Source: Spongospora subterranea f. sp. subterranea
Taxonomy: Eukaryota
Assembly (NCBI GenBank): GCA_049724395.1
Contig: JAUGWO010000112.1
Coordinates: 124,001 to 188,000, forward strand
Length of the DNA stretch: 64,000 bases
Reading direction: 5' to 3'
Position numbers and translations under genes: made by a program. Shown here one piece after another: positions 10,353 through 23,895 of the stretch. The first letter of the stretch is position 1, and each line of letters opens with the position of its first letter. A model generated the notes under the pieces. That model worked only from the letters and a program-made list of their open reading frames with translations. It made no database searches and had not been told where the DNA came from.

Positions 10353-13300
10353 ATGTCCGTTAAAGGTCGTCTGGTTTTGGATTCCATATATTCGACCCCC
10401 GATCAAACAACACAGGGCACCGTTCTTTGGTCGCTGTCGCTCTCTGGCCGTGTACTTATCAGGGCAACCGGTTCGGTATTAACTGTTGCCTTGTCGGGAC
10501 ATGAACCAATTCTTTGGCCTTCCATATCTGAAATCGTTCCAGACTGCGAACCATCGTAATTCGAATACACATACCGAGGTCATTGAGTAGGATTTTTTAC
10601 TAATTCACACTATTTAGGGTAATTATCACTGCCGTGATCGCTGTGGACACCAGGGAGAGTTTTCGTGTCATTGTCGGATTTAATCATGGCCTTGTAGTGT
10701 GTCTCACCTCTGTATATGTTTCTCAGTTTACGTCGAGTTTCTCATCATTTATTCGGAACTCATAGGAACATAAACTCTTGTTTTCTTACATTTTGCATGA
10801 ATGTCCAGTTTTGTCTTTGAAAACGTTCAAGTCCGGGGTCTGTTTCCACCAGTAGGCGACTTTCCTTTTTGTCCATTCTTTCTACTTAAACTCCGACAGC
10901 GATGGCGACGACGAGGATCTTATGGTCCGATACAACAACGTTCTTGTCTTGGTTGATAGAGGCTCATTCAAAGCAGACGGAGATGCAAATTTGTTTCAGG
11001 CCAACAAGTTTCGTATTCAATCTCAAAACATGATTTGCGACTTTGCCGTCATCAGTACGCTAGACGATGAGCCAATTCTGTTGCCCTTAAAGTCTTATGC
11101 TATAATTCAGGCGATGAGCCCATGATCCGGCAACATTTTCTTGGATCTAAGCATCAGTTTGCTGCCATCAATATTATTACGGTGGGTGGCCCGCCGTCCA
11201 ATATGGTGGCTTACTCTCGCCTCTCACGCGACCCACCGCCGGCCGAGATTGTTTCACAAGCAGTAGTGGAAGTTAAGAAATTTGCTTCGGGTTTTCTTGC
11301 TTTTGGCAGGAAAATTCTGATTGATGAATCTGATGTTGAAGAGGTTGCTGGTACTGTTTTAAAACCTATGCCAATTCCGCTTGTTTATAAACTGGATCGC
11401 AGGAGACTTATCAACGAACAAAGTTGCCTTAGACTTAACGCCTCATGCTGTTCGTCCAGTTATATCAATAGGCGATGCCCCAAACCGAATCATTGAATCG
11501 ATTGTCATCGATCAATTTGGTGGCCTGTTTGCCGCATGCGCCGATAATCTTGGTCGTGTAATGCTTTTAGATTTTGAATCAGATGTTATTTGTCCGAATC
11601 TGGAAAGGTTATCGCGATGCTCGCGCCGCCTTTACCTCTGGTATGATCACACAAATCCAGTCGGGGTTCCCCATAACCGATTATTGCTTCAGTTGAAACA
11701 AATGGGCGACGAACATTGTTGTTACTGCTTTATATTCCTACACGGGGGCTCCTGGAACTTTGGCATTTGCGGGGCGGGCGCGTTGCTGCTCTGAACATTG
11801 GCCGTCGCCATACCCTACAGCAGCATCAGGAATCAGCTGTTATTCATACTCGTCAAGGCATACTTCACCGCGTGCTCTTCGACCACAACTTTGAACAACT
11901 CTGGTCTAAATTGCATAACTGCGCCTCAGAACACGATAGCGACGCTGCTTTTGCTGCTGCTTCAGCCATTTTACGTGCTGATGCTTCGGTGAATCCTCTG
12001 TCGCTGGTCAACTCTGTCACAAAAACCTCAGCGTCTATCGCAGCTTGTCAGTCGCTTCTTATTCGACTCAGTGAGCAATATCCTATTTTATCGGCTGCCT
12101 CTTCGATTCTCAATGCCTACATTGATTTTGATACCCACGTTAGGGATCATTCCATGGTTCCTTTCGCAGATTTCTTCGCTGTGGTTTCCGATCCGAGTTA
12201 TATTGGACCAGTTTCATCCGAAATCGGACGGTTCATGTTCGAACCGCTATTACGAGAGCAAGCCAGTATCAACGATTCGATTTGGACATTTATTCACAGT
12301 CTTAATCTCTCTCCAGAAGCCCTTGCCGTATGTCAATCTGTTTTTTTGGTTCCGCTCAATCGTCTCTTAACCACAATTCTGTCCGTTTACTTTATCCATT
12401 TTGTTTATTTTGTTTCTGATATAGTCAAATATCTCGTTTGTACCCTCTTTTGCATATTTTGTTTGAGTTCTACGGATCAGCGTTTTGTTGAGACACCTCG
12501 TCGTGCAGGGTTTTTTTTTGAGTTGGTTCTGGAACTGTACAACCTCTCCATCAAGTTTGAGCATTTCATCGTTCTTGTCACCGTCTGATGAGGCGTTCCT
12601 GGGCGCTCTCCGCCAGAAATCGCTCCACACTATCAGTTCGTCAACGGATATCAATCGTGCTTTTACTCTATCGTCCAGTTTGCAATTATCTGCGATTTCC
12701 GATACATTACATCGCGCAGAACGTCTTGGTCAGTTCATGGACGATAGTGGCATGCTTCCCTATCACGCTTCTTTAGCCGATTTTAACCAGAATCTCAATT
12801 ATTTCCTGTCCAGCATTCTCATAGCTCGTCTTAACACGATCGATGACATAAGGCAGGCTCTGACCGCCTCCGATAATACGTTTAATCAGTTTCTGACGAG
12901 ATCCGTTTCAGCTTTTCCAGAAAACATTTCGCTTCAGGTATTTTTCCAAGGTAACTACTTTTCGTAATTCTAATTTTGTGTAGGAGGTCACGTTACGCTG
13001 TTCTCAATTGCTGTTTACTGAACGACGCGACATGGCCGGTGCTGTTCAGATACTCGAGATGGCACCGGGTTCTGGGTCCAAATTTCGTTGCGCTGTATCG
13101 ATTTTACGAGTTGTAATCGATGCGCTTTTTTCGATTTTTTTCATACATGTTTGTGATGTGCCACCACGAGAAAAGGTTTCTCTTGCCGCAAACGACTGGG
13201 TCGCCACCCTGAGCCTTCTGCGCATTGTTCATTTGATGGTCGCCGACAAGGATGTTATTGTAAATTCACAGCAATACGAAAATTGTGTTTTGGCTAATTG

Positions 13301-14184
13301 TACAATACAGATGGACATTCGAATGGAGCCATTAGATGAATTTTCCATGCTTCTTCTTGAAGAAATCCGGATTAATCATTTGGCAGTCGTTGTGAAAATG
13401 GCAGTCGAGGCCGATGCATTCTCGGTTGCCAACTCTCATAATTTCGCATTGATGTTTCCTGATTTTACTTCTGCATCCCTGAACATTGATTGCCGCTTAA
13501 CCAAGCGTACCTCGGTAAAACGAACTTTTGAGTGTCCGCACAATACTTATCCCAGCAATCGACTGAATGCGATCTATTTCTTTGACGTAGGCTGCTCGTC
13601 GTGATTTTATTTTATGGTGTCTGACGAATCGTGATAGCGACCAAGAGAACGCATTAATGACACTCGCACGAGACCTCCATGTCCACGACGCCGTCCTCCA
13701 GAATCGGCTTGTGCAATTTCTATCGGAATCACCAAAACATCCCGCTGTTGTTTCCTATCTTATAGGGTCTGAGTCCAGCTACTCGCCCGCGATTGCCGCT
13801 CTTTTTGTAGAGCGTTGCCACACGTTCTTAGTTGATGCTGTGTCTGCGCTGGTGGCGGCCTCTAATTCCCGAAGCCGGACTGTCAATTCGCAGGCGAAAT
13901 CGACTTTGAATGCTTTGCCAGCTGGAGCGATATCATGGTTGGAAGGTGAACTGGGAGAGCTGGGCGGGCAGAAACGGTATCGCAGCATGTCGGCAATCCT
14001 GTCGTTGGCATCTGATCTCCAACAACTGTCACGTTACGTCCTCGAGTACATGTCTGTTGATGGCGATGAAGCCAATCCTGCACGAATCGAATCGATGAAA
14101 CAAATTCAGCGAACAGTAGACGCTCTCGTTGATGCTCTCTCCGCCATTAATGATGGCAAAAACAGAGTAAAATTAAGTGAATGA
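10353..14184 (+). CDS. RAB3GAP2: Rab3 GTPase-activating protein non-catalytic subunit, multi-exon, with one apparent +1 frameshift near 11590
   Basis: DNLGRVMLLDF...(V)RIWKGYRDA and LLYIPTRGLLELW...GGRVAALN are RAB3GAP2 N-terminal signatures. Successive exons are bounded by GT-AG; stop at 14182-14184. Confidence 0.8.
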
Positions 14185-14219
14185 TTAGAAAACTCTCGCG
14201 TTCGAGACTGGAGAACCGT

Positions 14220-16310
14220 TTTGACGATTCTTAACATGCTAACTTCGTACGATCAACATTACCGTGTTGCTTCCCTGAATTGTTTAGGTGTGATTATGAG
14301 TTCCTGTCAAAGCGTCAAGTCACTTTTTCTGAGGAGCTCGGACATAGAACGAAAGATGTCCTCTGATGGTTCTGATACACCGCCCTACAACTTACTTTCC
14401 TTTGGTTTTAAAGGTAACTCACGTCGATTAAGGCGGTTCACAGCTGATCATTTTACTTCCATGAAACTTTCCACTATTCAGACTATGAACATGATTTGAT
14501 TTCTGCGGTATCTATTGATGATGATCTTATACGCGGCAGGGTGATTTGGGGGGATGCTAATTTGATAATGGTGAAGAGCAAAAAAATCCAATTATTTAAC
14601 CTTCATGAATCCCATTTTATCAGCTGTTCAGCGCTAGTTGGCTGTCGATATTTCCCAGAACTGTTTCACCTGATGAACAACAAAACCGACCAAGAATGAT
14701 GATCTTCATTCCAAATTAGCCGTTAACGATCAGTCCAGTATTTTGAACATACTTATCGCGCCATGGTCACGTATTTTTTGCCATTGGACCATTGCAAGCC
14801 CCGATAGCTGGTAGATATCTCACTTTTACAGGACCGAGTGATAAAAACGTCATGAAGTGATAGTTGGATGTTTCGGTATAGATAGAAGAGCGTCAACGGT
14901 TGTTGAATTTCTTCTACGCTCTTCAGATCTTGTTCATCTACAGGTTTTTATCATCATTTGGCATCAGGTGGCTATACCAACTTTCGATTTTCTCAACCGT
15001 CGATGGTCCATGTTCATACTTGGATGCTGGTTTCATTTTCAAACGTTTTCTAGCCTCGATGAAGGTTTACGTTCTTCCTTTCGTTCGCCTTTTGTCAGTT
15101 GTGTCTTTCGAAAAAAAAGTTTTCAAAGACAATTTTTTATCCACAATCAATCGGTATTTTCGGTAGTTCCACTGATTTTTAATATTAGGATGTCATATGA
15201 CAGCATCAGGAACGAACCCGAGAGTCATCTTCAGCAGGTTGATACCTTTCATTCATCAGTTCAATACAATCCTCGTCGTGCACTAGGAATTCAGCAAGCG
15301 GTCGTTCTTGGAAGCACTATGCTGGTTTTTGAACAAAAACGTTTTTTGTGAATTCATTTCCACAAACAATACTGTTCCGGTGTTCTTGCAACTGTCCCCT
15401 ATGAACTACTACTTGAGCCGATCTCAAGAGACCTAATAAAACCAGTTTTGTTTACTATTGCCAACCAAATAGACAGCCTGACCCTGCACAACATGTCTGT
15501 TGGCAACTAGAAAGCTATGACAATCCGTAGCCTTGATCGAAAATTTATCAAGAGAGACGGATCGCCACACATGTGTGCTGAACATCCGGAGTCGATGATC
15601 CAGGTAGGCCTTGTTAGCTTTACGGTTCTAGACGGGCTGACCGGAAGGGAGAACAGTGAAGGTATGGGCTTGCTCTTAGCGAACTTGGGACGCAATTCAG
15701 GGTGTTGAGCCCAGCATTAGTTGTCGCAATGTGAATTGGAGCGATGAAATGTGCCCTTGTAATGCTTAGTAGTATCAGTTCCAGCATGTTCGGCGTGATG
15801 TCGTCCCGCGACAGAAGCTGCGCCTCGTGATAGATGAGTTCTGAGAGATTAAGTCCTACAGTCTTGGGTTATCGGTGAGCTTGATGATAACGGAATCGAA
15901 TTCTCGTGGAAGTCCGATTGTAGCTTGTCGATGAGATCGTCATCACTTAGTATTTTTCCAGTACTATGGAGCTCTCGTAGATGAGCTTTGATTAGAGGAT
16001 GCGTAGTTAGCAATTGATGAGTTTCCTTTTTCTAAATTCCAAAATTCTTCGCCGACCTCGTACGTGTTGCTCGCGACTTCTTCTGGCACAGGTCCTGTAT
16101 TTATTTCACCCAAACTGCTTGTGCGCTTGTTTCATTGAATGACGATACATAGGAGGTGGTCAACAGGTATGGTGCAGATAATGGGTTTGGCTTTCTTATC
16201 ACCCTGCTCTTCTTGATGGCGAATAAGATTTCCTTCATGGTATTATGTAACGTGAGCGTAATTGTAACGTGAACTTTTCTAGCGGTGTGATCCTCGAGCA
16301 TGTGTTCAAC
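14220..16310 (-). mobile_element. Degenerate Ty1/copia element (gag-protease-integrase-RT remnants)
   Basis: WIIDSGCSAHMCGD (protease, ~15560-15605), CWAQHPELRP Zn-knuckle tail, and gag-like LRELHSTGKILSDDDLI; frequent stops and frameshifts. Confidence 0.7.
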
Positions 16311-17127
16311 TATGTGTAACGTCAGGTCTAAGTGTAACGTCGGGTCGCCAGGTAACGTAATTTTCGACGATGGACGCTATAGGTGTATAGTAGGGGAAAC
16401 GTTATGACGGTGTGCTGCAGAGGGAGCCTCCGACAACGTTGTAGTCGTAGCGAATATTCGCCTGTCAAATCTGTTGATCCAAACGTTGATCCGTTTTGTG
16501 CAGAGTCCGGCTGACGATTTGGCTGGCAATTGCAAGAGCTAATTGTCAGGTCATGGTACACGGAAACGGCGCTTTGTACTCGCAACTAACTCTCACAATA
16601 TCATGGAATGGAGATAGCAAAATTAACGGTTGAAAGCTACATGGAATTCTGTCTAAAAAAATATACATAGATTCATAAAATCCATGCCGATTGCTCGATC
16701 ATGGACAGTGCATTCGACTGTGATTCTTTCAACCACGTCAACGTGTACCATACAGTAATAATAATTCATGGTACACGTCTCACCATACGCACAATATAAA
16801 ACCACAGGATTAACCTCAATGTTTGAACTTGAGATACTTATGTATGCGGTAAAAGATACTTTGTGAGTCGTCAGCTCAAAACTGCATACACGTTTCCAAT
16901 TCCCGTTGCCGATATGTTTGTTTGCGCCGACATGTTGTACTTTTGAGACTTTGGGGACATTTCCGACCGGGAATAGATTTGTGTGGATATGGAAGGTTGC
17001 GCTGTGTGTGTACATTATGAGTTTTGGGCTATGCTGTATGCAGACGCTGCGGACAATAATTATTATCAATCGCCTGGTGATCTACAGTAATCATTTTTAT
17101 GACAGATCATTATAGGTCGCCCTAAAC

Positions 17128-18877
17128 ATGACTTCCAAAGCTGAGTATCTCAAGCGATATCTCAGTAGTGGCGATGGCGACAAGGGTGGCCTAAATAAGC
17201 AGGGTTCCAAGAAAAGAAAGGTCAAGAAAGGCGATTTGAAGATTATAGAACAATACGACGATATTGAGGCCGACCTGAATCGAATTCGTCGTCTTAAACG
17301 TATAGCACTTTTTACATCTTTATTGACTTTTCCTACAGTTTTGATTTTTTTTTAACGGTTTCACGTGCTGATTTTAGTCTTAGGGGAGGAGGAGCTAGCT
17401 GCTGCGGTGGCTTTGAAAGAGGAACGGGAAACCAGTAATCGCATTATAGCAGAGCGCCGTATGCAGATGCGATTGCAGGATGGAAGCGGATGGACACAAA
17501 TTGTAGGGTCAGCGAAACCATTACTCAAATATGGTATCAACAAAAGGGAAGACCTTATGGCCACTGGAATAGGCAAACATGAAGAAGCCTTGCCATCTAT
17601 AGAATCATCGCCGTATAAAGGGCGTCGAGTTGATGCCCCCGATTCGTCACCAGCGAGAAGGGATTTTCGTGATTCATCCGATCTATCTACGACCAGGAGA
17701 CATCGGTCTGATTCGCCCGACTTATCGCCAGATCGGGCAGCTTATTCACGTGATGTGCCTCTACCCCGTGCTGATTCTCCTGATTTATCTCCTACGAGGA
17801 GGCTTCGCGCCGATTCTCCTGATTTATCTTTTGCGAGAAGGCGTCGCGCTGATTCTCCTGATTTATCTCCTGCGAGAAGGCGTCGCGCTGATTCTCCTGA
17901 TTTATCGCCTGCGAGAAGGCGTCGCGCTGATTCTCCTGATTTATCGCCTGCGAGAAGGCGTCGCGCTGATTCTCCAGATTTACCCCCTGCGAGAAGGAGT
18001 CGTGCTGTCTCTCCGATTTTATCCCCTGCAAGAAGAAGTCGCGCTGATTCTCCTGATCTATCTCCTGCAAGGAAGCGTCGCGTTAATTCTCTTGACTCGG
18101 CTCATACTAAATCTGAGCGTCCTAGCTCACCCGACTTGTCGCCAGCGAGAAGACCGCAGTCAGATTGTTCAAAATCAACGGCACGCATGCAAACAGGGTC
18201 TATGTCCATTACCAATACCTCTCCAGTTCAATTTGACCATCCGAAGACGATTGTTCGTGATATACACGGTCGCGTAGTTAATGTTGATAAGGCCATTGCC
18301 GAGCAGGAACTCCTTAAACAGGTATGCTGTGTCTGTCTCCATCACTTCAGTTAATCAATTTCGTTGTGCTAATCAGGAGGAAGCTGCCAAAAAAGAAATG
18401 TTTTGGTCGTCGGGTATTGTGCAAAAAGAGGAACAAATTGCTCGTCGAATTGCAATTAACACAGAATCGGCCACGCCCTTCGTTCGTACTGTTAACGATG
18501 TTGAAATGAATAATGAGTTGAAAGAAGCGACGAGATTTGGCGATCCGATGTTTTTCCAGATGCAAGAGAAGCGCAAGAAGGAGGCTCAGGAGCGCATTGA
18601 TCAACAATCAAAGAAGCTGGAGAAACAGAGACGGAAGCTTGCTAAAGCCGGTGTCATTTTGGAAGATCCGACTGTGCTCCAAGAACAAATGGTTAAACCC
18701 AGGCGTAGGCCGGTATATGTCGGCCCTGCTTGGGTAAACCGATATGGAATTTGTCCAGGGTATAGGTGGGACGGAGTGGATAGAACTAACGGCTGGGAAA
18801 TCACACGATTTGAGATTGAGGCCAAACGCCAGGCGACGCAAGTGACTGCATATCATTACTCTGTTGAGGACATGTAA
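17128..18877 (+). CDS. BUD13: Pre-mRNA splicing factor BUD13/CWC26 (RES complex), 3 exons
   Basis: N-terminal KAEYLKRYLS, DGSGW motif, RRRADSPDLSP repeats, RFGDPM, and C-terminal NRYGICPGYRWDGVDRTNGWE...YSVEDM*. Confidence 0.95.
17767..18085 (+). repeat. 36-bp coding tandem repeat (RRRADSPDLSPA units, ~9 copies) in BUD13
   Basis: cgtcgcgctgattctcctgatttatc(t/g)cctgcgagaagg repeated in frame. Confidence 0.9.
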
Positions 18878-20384
18878 TTAATATATAGTTGACATCTTAG
18901 TACCAGGCCGTAATTCTCCCTGTGTTGATGTCGCCTCTCAATCCATCACCTTTTCTCCCATTCACATCTGTCCTTCAACTTGTCAAACTTTGAAAGCAAC
19001 TAACTTTTGTAGATTATTGGTACAGCTTTCTGCACTGCATCCCCTTATTGCCCTCGATCTATATAGCGCTTTCCCGAATTTCGACTGTTGACCAAGGGCC
19101 TCTCAAAGTAAACAATACCAGTCAGGATATCTTATGATAATGTCTTTTCCCATACAAATTGATAATCGCTGGTTTATTTCTCCATTGGCGATCGGCGCGG
19201 CAGTCGGCATTGCTTAAATCGGCTGTGCCTTTAAAGCCGTATCGGCATGGTTGCAGACCGAATTCAATGGAAAAACTTTGAATATATCATTCGAACTAAT
19301 CATCGCAATAATGTGAGCATATGAACTCATCAACCCGTTTTTGTAGATGTTCTTGGTTCAAAGAACATTTCGAATGAAAAACGTTATCAGTCATAATTCA
19401 AGGTCGCATGGAAAGGAATCAAGAAAGTTTGTGGAGATCCTGGACCTGTTCCATTCTCTCATCCTTTTTCCTAAGATCACAGGAGAAAGCAGCCTGTTTA
19501 ATTTTCTAAACAATATTTCTAAATCTGCGAGTGACAGAGGACTTGTTTTCTCCACATTGTTCCCGTTGTTGATATTGATGGTTTCCAAACGAATCTGGCG
19601 GTAGCGAACCGACAAGGTCCACAAACGTGCCATGGCTTGTGGGAAAATTGTCTGCAATAATAACTCTCATATATTGGACCCATTCCTGAACGCCATCTGG
19701 TCGACCAAACAAGCTATGGTCATAGCACGATATCCAAGGCCCTGGAATCGGCCCATGATTTCTGCGAAAACATAAACGAGATCACCAAAATGCAAGACGG
19801 TTTTATTGGTTTATGAAAGCGCAGCAGAATCGTTTTCCCTTGCAGCTTGAAGCATCAATAGGAATGCTTATTCTTCACGTCTTTGCTCAAAGTGGAGTAT
19901 CTAGGCGACACCGATAGTGTCAAATTTCTGATCGCCAAACATATTTATGGGCGAATTGCATGCAAACAAGATGCGAGCGGAGCTGCAGGTCTGCAGTTGA
20001 ACACGTTCAATATCACAATCTATTGGCAAAGCGTACAAATACAAAGGCAATCATAAGTTTTTACGAGATTGGCGAAGTGCACCAACGAGACAAGAATCAG
20101 CATGTTCACATGAACAAATGGCGCGAATGTCCACTGGAATGAACATTCAGATTTGCTCATTTCCAAAACCGCTATGTACCGCGTCTGTTCACGACCTTGA
20201 TTTGGACCATTAGGACTGATGCCTTTGAGGCCAATGCTGGAGGGGCGCTGGTAAAGGGGTTGCCGGCTACTCTTGGCAAGACGGCGACGTGGTCAGGACA
20301 GCTCTACGGCACCGGCTCCAGGGCCAGCGCAGGTTCCCCGGCAACACACTAATAACTTCGCAGCATTAGGTACTGTCAAAACGG

Positions 20385-21936
20385 TTAACTTTATTATGAA
20401 TCGCTCTTGTTTTATGCATCAGTTATAATTGATACGTGTTCATACTGATACCATATTTAGAAACTATTTTTCTGTGTTTATTATGAAGATGGTTTTTTTA
20501 CGGACACAACTACAGCCAACCCGTATGTAGAAACAAGACGAAAGCCCACTCTGTTATTTATTTATATCGCAGAATATTCACAAAACCACTTAACTAATCC
20601 CCAAACTTTTCCAACACTAGGCAATACACTCTCCATCTCGAAGGTTATAAATCGCAACGACAACCAACCAACCAACCCTGTCGCCGCCATATTGCGTGGC
20701 AACAAAAGGTTGCGCTGTGTCGTTGAGCTCTCGATGAGGGCTGCGCATAATGGGAAACTTTGCGTGCCACGGACTTCCATGGTCTCGCATCACCATTCGG
20801 TGTCACGGGCTGGAATCATTCGCTGTAGCCTATTCCCTACTATCCTCAAGTTCACACTCACATTCCGGCGGTCTTCGGTCGCTTCGTCTTCCAGCGTCTT
20901 TGTCTCCAACTGTAGGGGACAATTGGTCTAAGGCAATCATTACGGCTTCCGCAAGTTCATTGTTGCCGTTGCTAATGGCTCCGTCTCTATTCAATTCGGT
21001 CGGGCTGGAGGGCCCTCGACCTCAGCACTCAACGGCACAATTAGACGCCGCTGGCATAATGTTTAATGATCGTGATGTTGTGGTTGTCGCAGACGACGCG
21101 CTGGAATTGGGGGCTGGCACCACAGCCACCGGGGTCATCACCAATTGTATGGGCCGCAACGCCACAACGGCGACGGCGATAAGGACAGATGAGAATACGG
21201 TCGTTAATTTGGCGAATATTATGATGGGAACAGCGACATCACAAGCCACAGCGGTAGTCCCAGCAAGAGCGTGTTCTGGGGATATTATCGGAGAAGAACT
21301 CGATATTGATGACGAAGAAGCTCAACGTTTAATCTCAGTCGCCAACAAACGAAAGCGAAATCGTTTCAATTTTTTCAACAGTGAAGAAGGCGTTACACTT
21401 AGGTATTCCATATACGACACTAGTCCGCCATTATTCGCTTCGAGTGGCGATCGGTGCATTTCGTCGACGTCTTGCGTCGATTACCCTTGGTGTCAATATT
21501 CATGCAGAATTTATCATTTTTTAACATTGTCTCTACCGCAATTCTGACTCGTTTGTTTTCTGGATCAGGCTGCGGGTGCATAAGCATTTGCCGACTCAAG
21601 ATAGTAAAATAGCATGGTGTGCCATGTGCGGTAACTGGAAGGATGGACACCGCGGCCATCGGACGAAATGCTATTGCCGCGTCTGCAACGTGGCTCTCTG
21701 CACACGCCTATATGCTGGCCAGCGTGAAACGTGTTTTGAGGAATGGCACTCGGAGCCATGCCTGGTTAGGCGACGGAAAGCGCTGCCAGCTATTATTACG
21801 CCAAATATGCAGAACAACGATACTAAGGAGAACCGGCAATAAAGTCTTATCAAACGCCCAGTTCAGAGCTTTCTATACAAATTCGTTTGTTGGTGTTGCC
21901 GACCGTAGTGGTAGCGGTTACATAAACAATGGTTAA
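20385..21936 (+). mobile_element. Putative non-autonomous piggyBac-like element carrying a spliced ORF that ends in a Cys-rich domain
   Basis: TTAA at 20385 and at 21933, with weakly matching inverted ends (ctttattatgaatcgct vs ccattgtttatgtaaccgct). ORF 20750-~21402 splices (GT-AG) to WCAMC...RTKCYCRVCNVALC...CFEEWH, a piggyBac C-terminal CRD-type pattern. No DDD catalytic domain is visible. Confidence 0.5.
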
Positions 21937-22149
21937 CATTATCACCAGTCATCTTACGTTAATATGTGGCAAACCTTGTGTCATATGGGAATACCAATAT
22001 CATCAAGAATTTCCCAGGTAAAGTTTCATCTCCTTGTTTTCAGTGGGTTTTCGTATATTATCCTCTTCAAAGTTTATTTTCTTTATCTCGCCTGATACTA
22101 GGGAATTCGGGTTCATTTTATGACTAGAACCGACCTTGCCACCACCCTC

Positions 22150-23360
22150 TCATATTCGCCATTGTCAACGAACGCAATGGTACGGTCGCCATTGCGCTAC
22201 GTCGTCCCACAGCTGCACGAAGGCTACGGAGTATCTGATAACGAATCGATTGCATTTGCATTTTGAAAAAGGCGATTGAATTAGAAAATTTAAACTCGAA
22301 TATTGACTGATTTAGGGGCACTCAAACTATCGACTTTTCAAGTCGCATCGAGACAAAGTTGTGCACGGTTTGTGCAATCACCGATTTCGTTGACCGATGG
22401 TTGGAATATATCGCTTTCCAGGCCCTTGAAGAAGTAATATATCGCTGTATATTCGGTCAACGAGAGAGCGGTGATCATACAAGCCGTGCACAACCTTATC
22501 TCGATTGGAACATTAGGTTCAAACACAGTTTTGCCCATAGATACAGTCAGAGAAATGCGTGTGCAGATGTAGGTACAGTAGTTTCGTAAAACTGAAACTG
22601 AGCACAGGACAATCGTTCACCCGAGAAGAATCCCGCTTCAATGACACGGTGTACAGTACTTTGAAAACCGAGTAAATGGCGCCCAGATCAAAAGGGCTAA
22701 AATGATGTTGCATTGCTCGAACAGTAAAGCATAAAAAATCCTTACTACGAAAGCAACAAGGTCTTGAATTACTCAATGTTTCCAATGTGACAAGAAGTTA
22801 TGAACTTGTCCAATCGGTTGAAGATGCATCTTCTGATGAGTCTTCAACTTCTGAAGGCACCGATTTCAATACTGGAGCATCAATTTAAAGATCAGGCGAT
22901 TTTGAATGTTTCTTCTGGATGCTGTTCGCCTTGGCATTAAATGGCTTGAAGGGGCTCGTCTTCGTTCAAAAACTGTTTCCAATCGAGAGCCACTCAATAT
23001 CGACCACAGGCTGACAGACAGCGTTGTCATCACGATGCTGCCTATTGTCATTCCATTCTGGAGCAATTCCCAAGAAAAGCTTCTTCACGGCCTTCTCGAT
23101 TTTCCTGATAGAAAGACATTAATTATTGAAGCCATCGACCGGTTATTTATCTGCTCTTGCTATTGACGGTCCTGGCCAAAGAAAGGAGATGCGCATGAGC
23201 CTCTCGAAGTACGATTACTTCATGTCAATCGCCGTTATTTGGATTCAATCCTTACATCGCCCCGAACTAATATTGAAGCATCTCTGGAAGTCAGTCGCTC
23301 ATTTTTCCGAAGAGCCGAAGAATGGCAGTCCAGACGCATCAGATCTTGGGCCTAACTGAA
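22150..23360 (+). mobile_element. Degenerate hAT-like transposase remnant
   Basis: Fragments ISLTDGW, GDHTS, SFAHR and LELLNVSNVTRS resemble, in the right order, the hAT motifs (S.TTDGW, HTG, C.AH, L..DV.TRW); many stops. Confidence 0.4.
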
Positions 23361-23559
23361 CATTGCCGAATTTACAACAGGGAAACATGTGGAATTCAAA
23401 CCTGTGATATTAGATGAAGATCCAGCAGTGCTGTTTACGTTGGTTGCGTATTCAGGTCAAACGATTATTTGTCATGCAGAAATCTTTTTCCCAGTGGGTA
23501 TCAACGTCACTTCATGAAGGACTGGTAATGAAGGACTGGTAATGGAGAAACCTGCCAAG

Positions 23560-23810
23560 ATTTCGCAACACACTGCCCAGCGCTAGTTGCACGTTCTTCA
23601 GTACCATAGAGTGGTTCAGGCAAAGATCTTTACATCGACGGCCATGAGCGTAGTGAGGTTGTTGGATATCGCAAAAATTTCCTCGTCAGAATGCAGCAAT
23701 ATCAAACCCGGATGTTTACATATTCAGGTGATGAGATGAAGGAAGTTACCACACCAGAGTTACGAAACGATGAACGACCCTTAATCATGGTCGTTCAAGA
23801 TAAAAATGTT
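23560..23810 (+). mobile_element. IS630/Tc1-like DDE transposase fragment
   Basis: LYIDGHERSEVVGYRKNFLVRM...PLIMVVQD matches the Y(I/V)DGHER.DVV.YR..FL...HDE pattern recalled from fungal/oomycete Tc1-related transposases. Confidence 0.5.
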
Positions 23811-23895
23811 TCAGTTAATGAGCTCGCTGAATGGTTCTGGTGCAGTTGCCAAGAAGACAGGCAGAGGAAACGCATGAAAAGAGGCAGAAAACGTA

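Noticed and set aside
16302..16598. Possible LTR of the adjacent copia relic (TG...CA on minus strand)
   Set aside because: No second LTR copy or recognisable primer-binding site found.
16653..17069. 138-aa minus-strand ORF
   Set aside because: No recognisable motif or splice structure; cannot be supported as a gene.
17630..18277. Alternative-frame ORFs over the BUD13 repeats
   Set aside because: Shadow ORFs of the 36-bp coding repeat.
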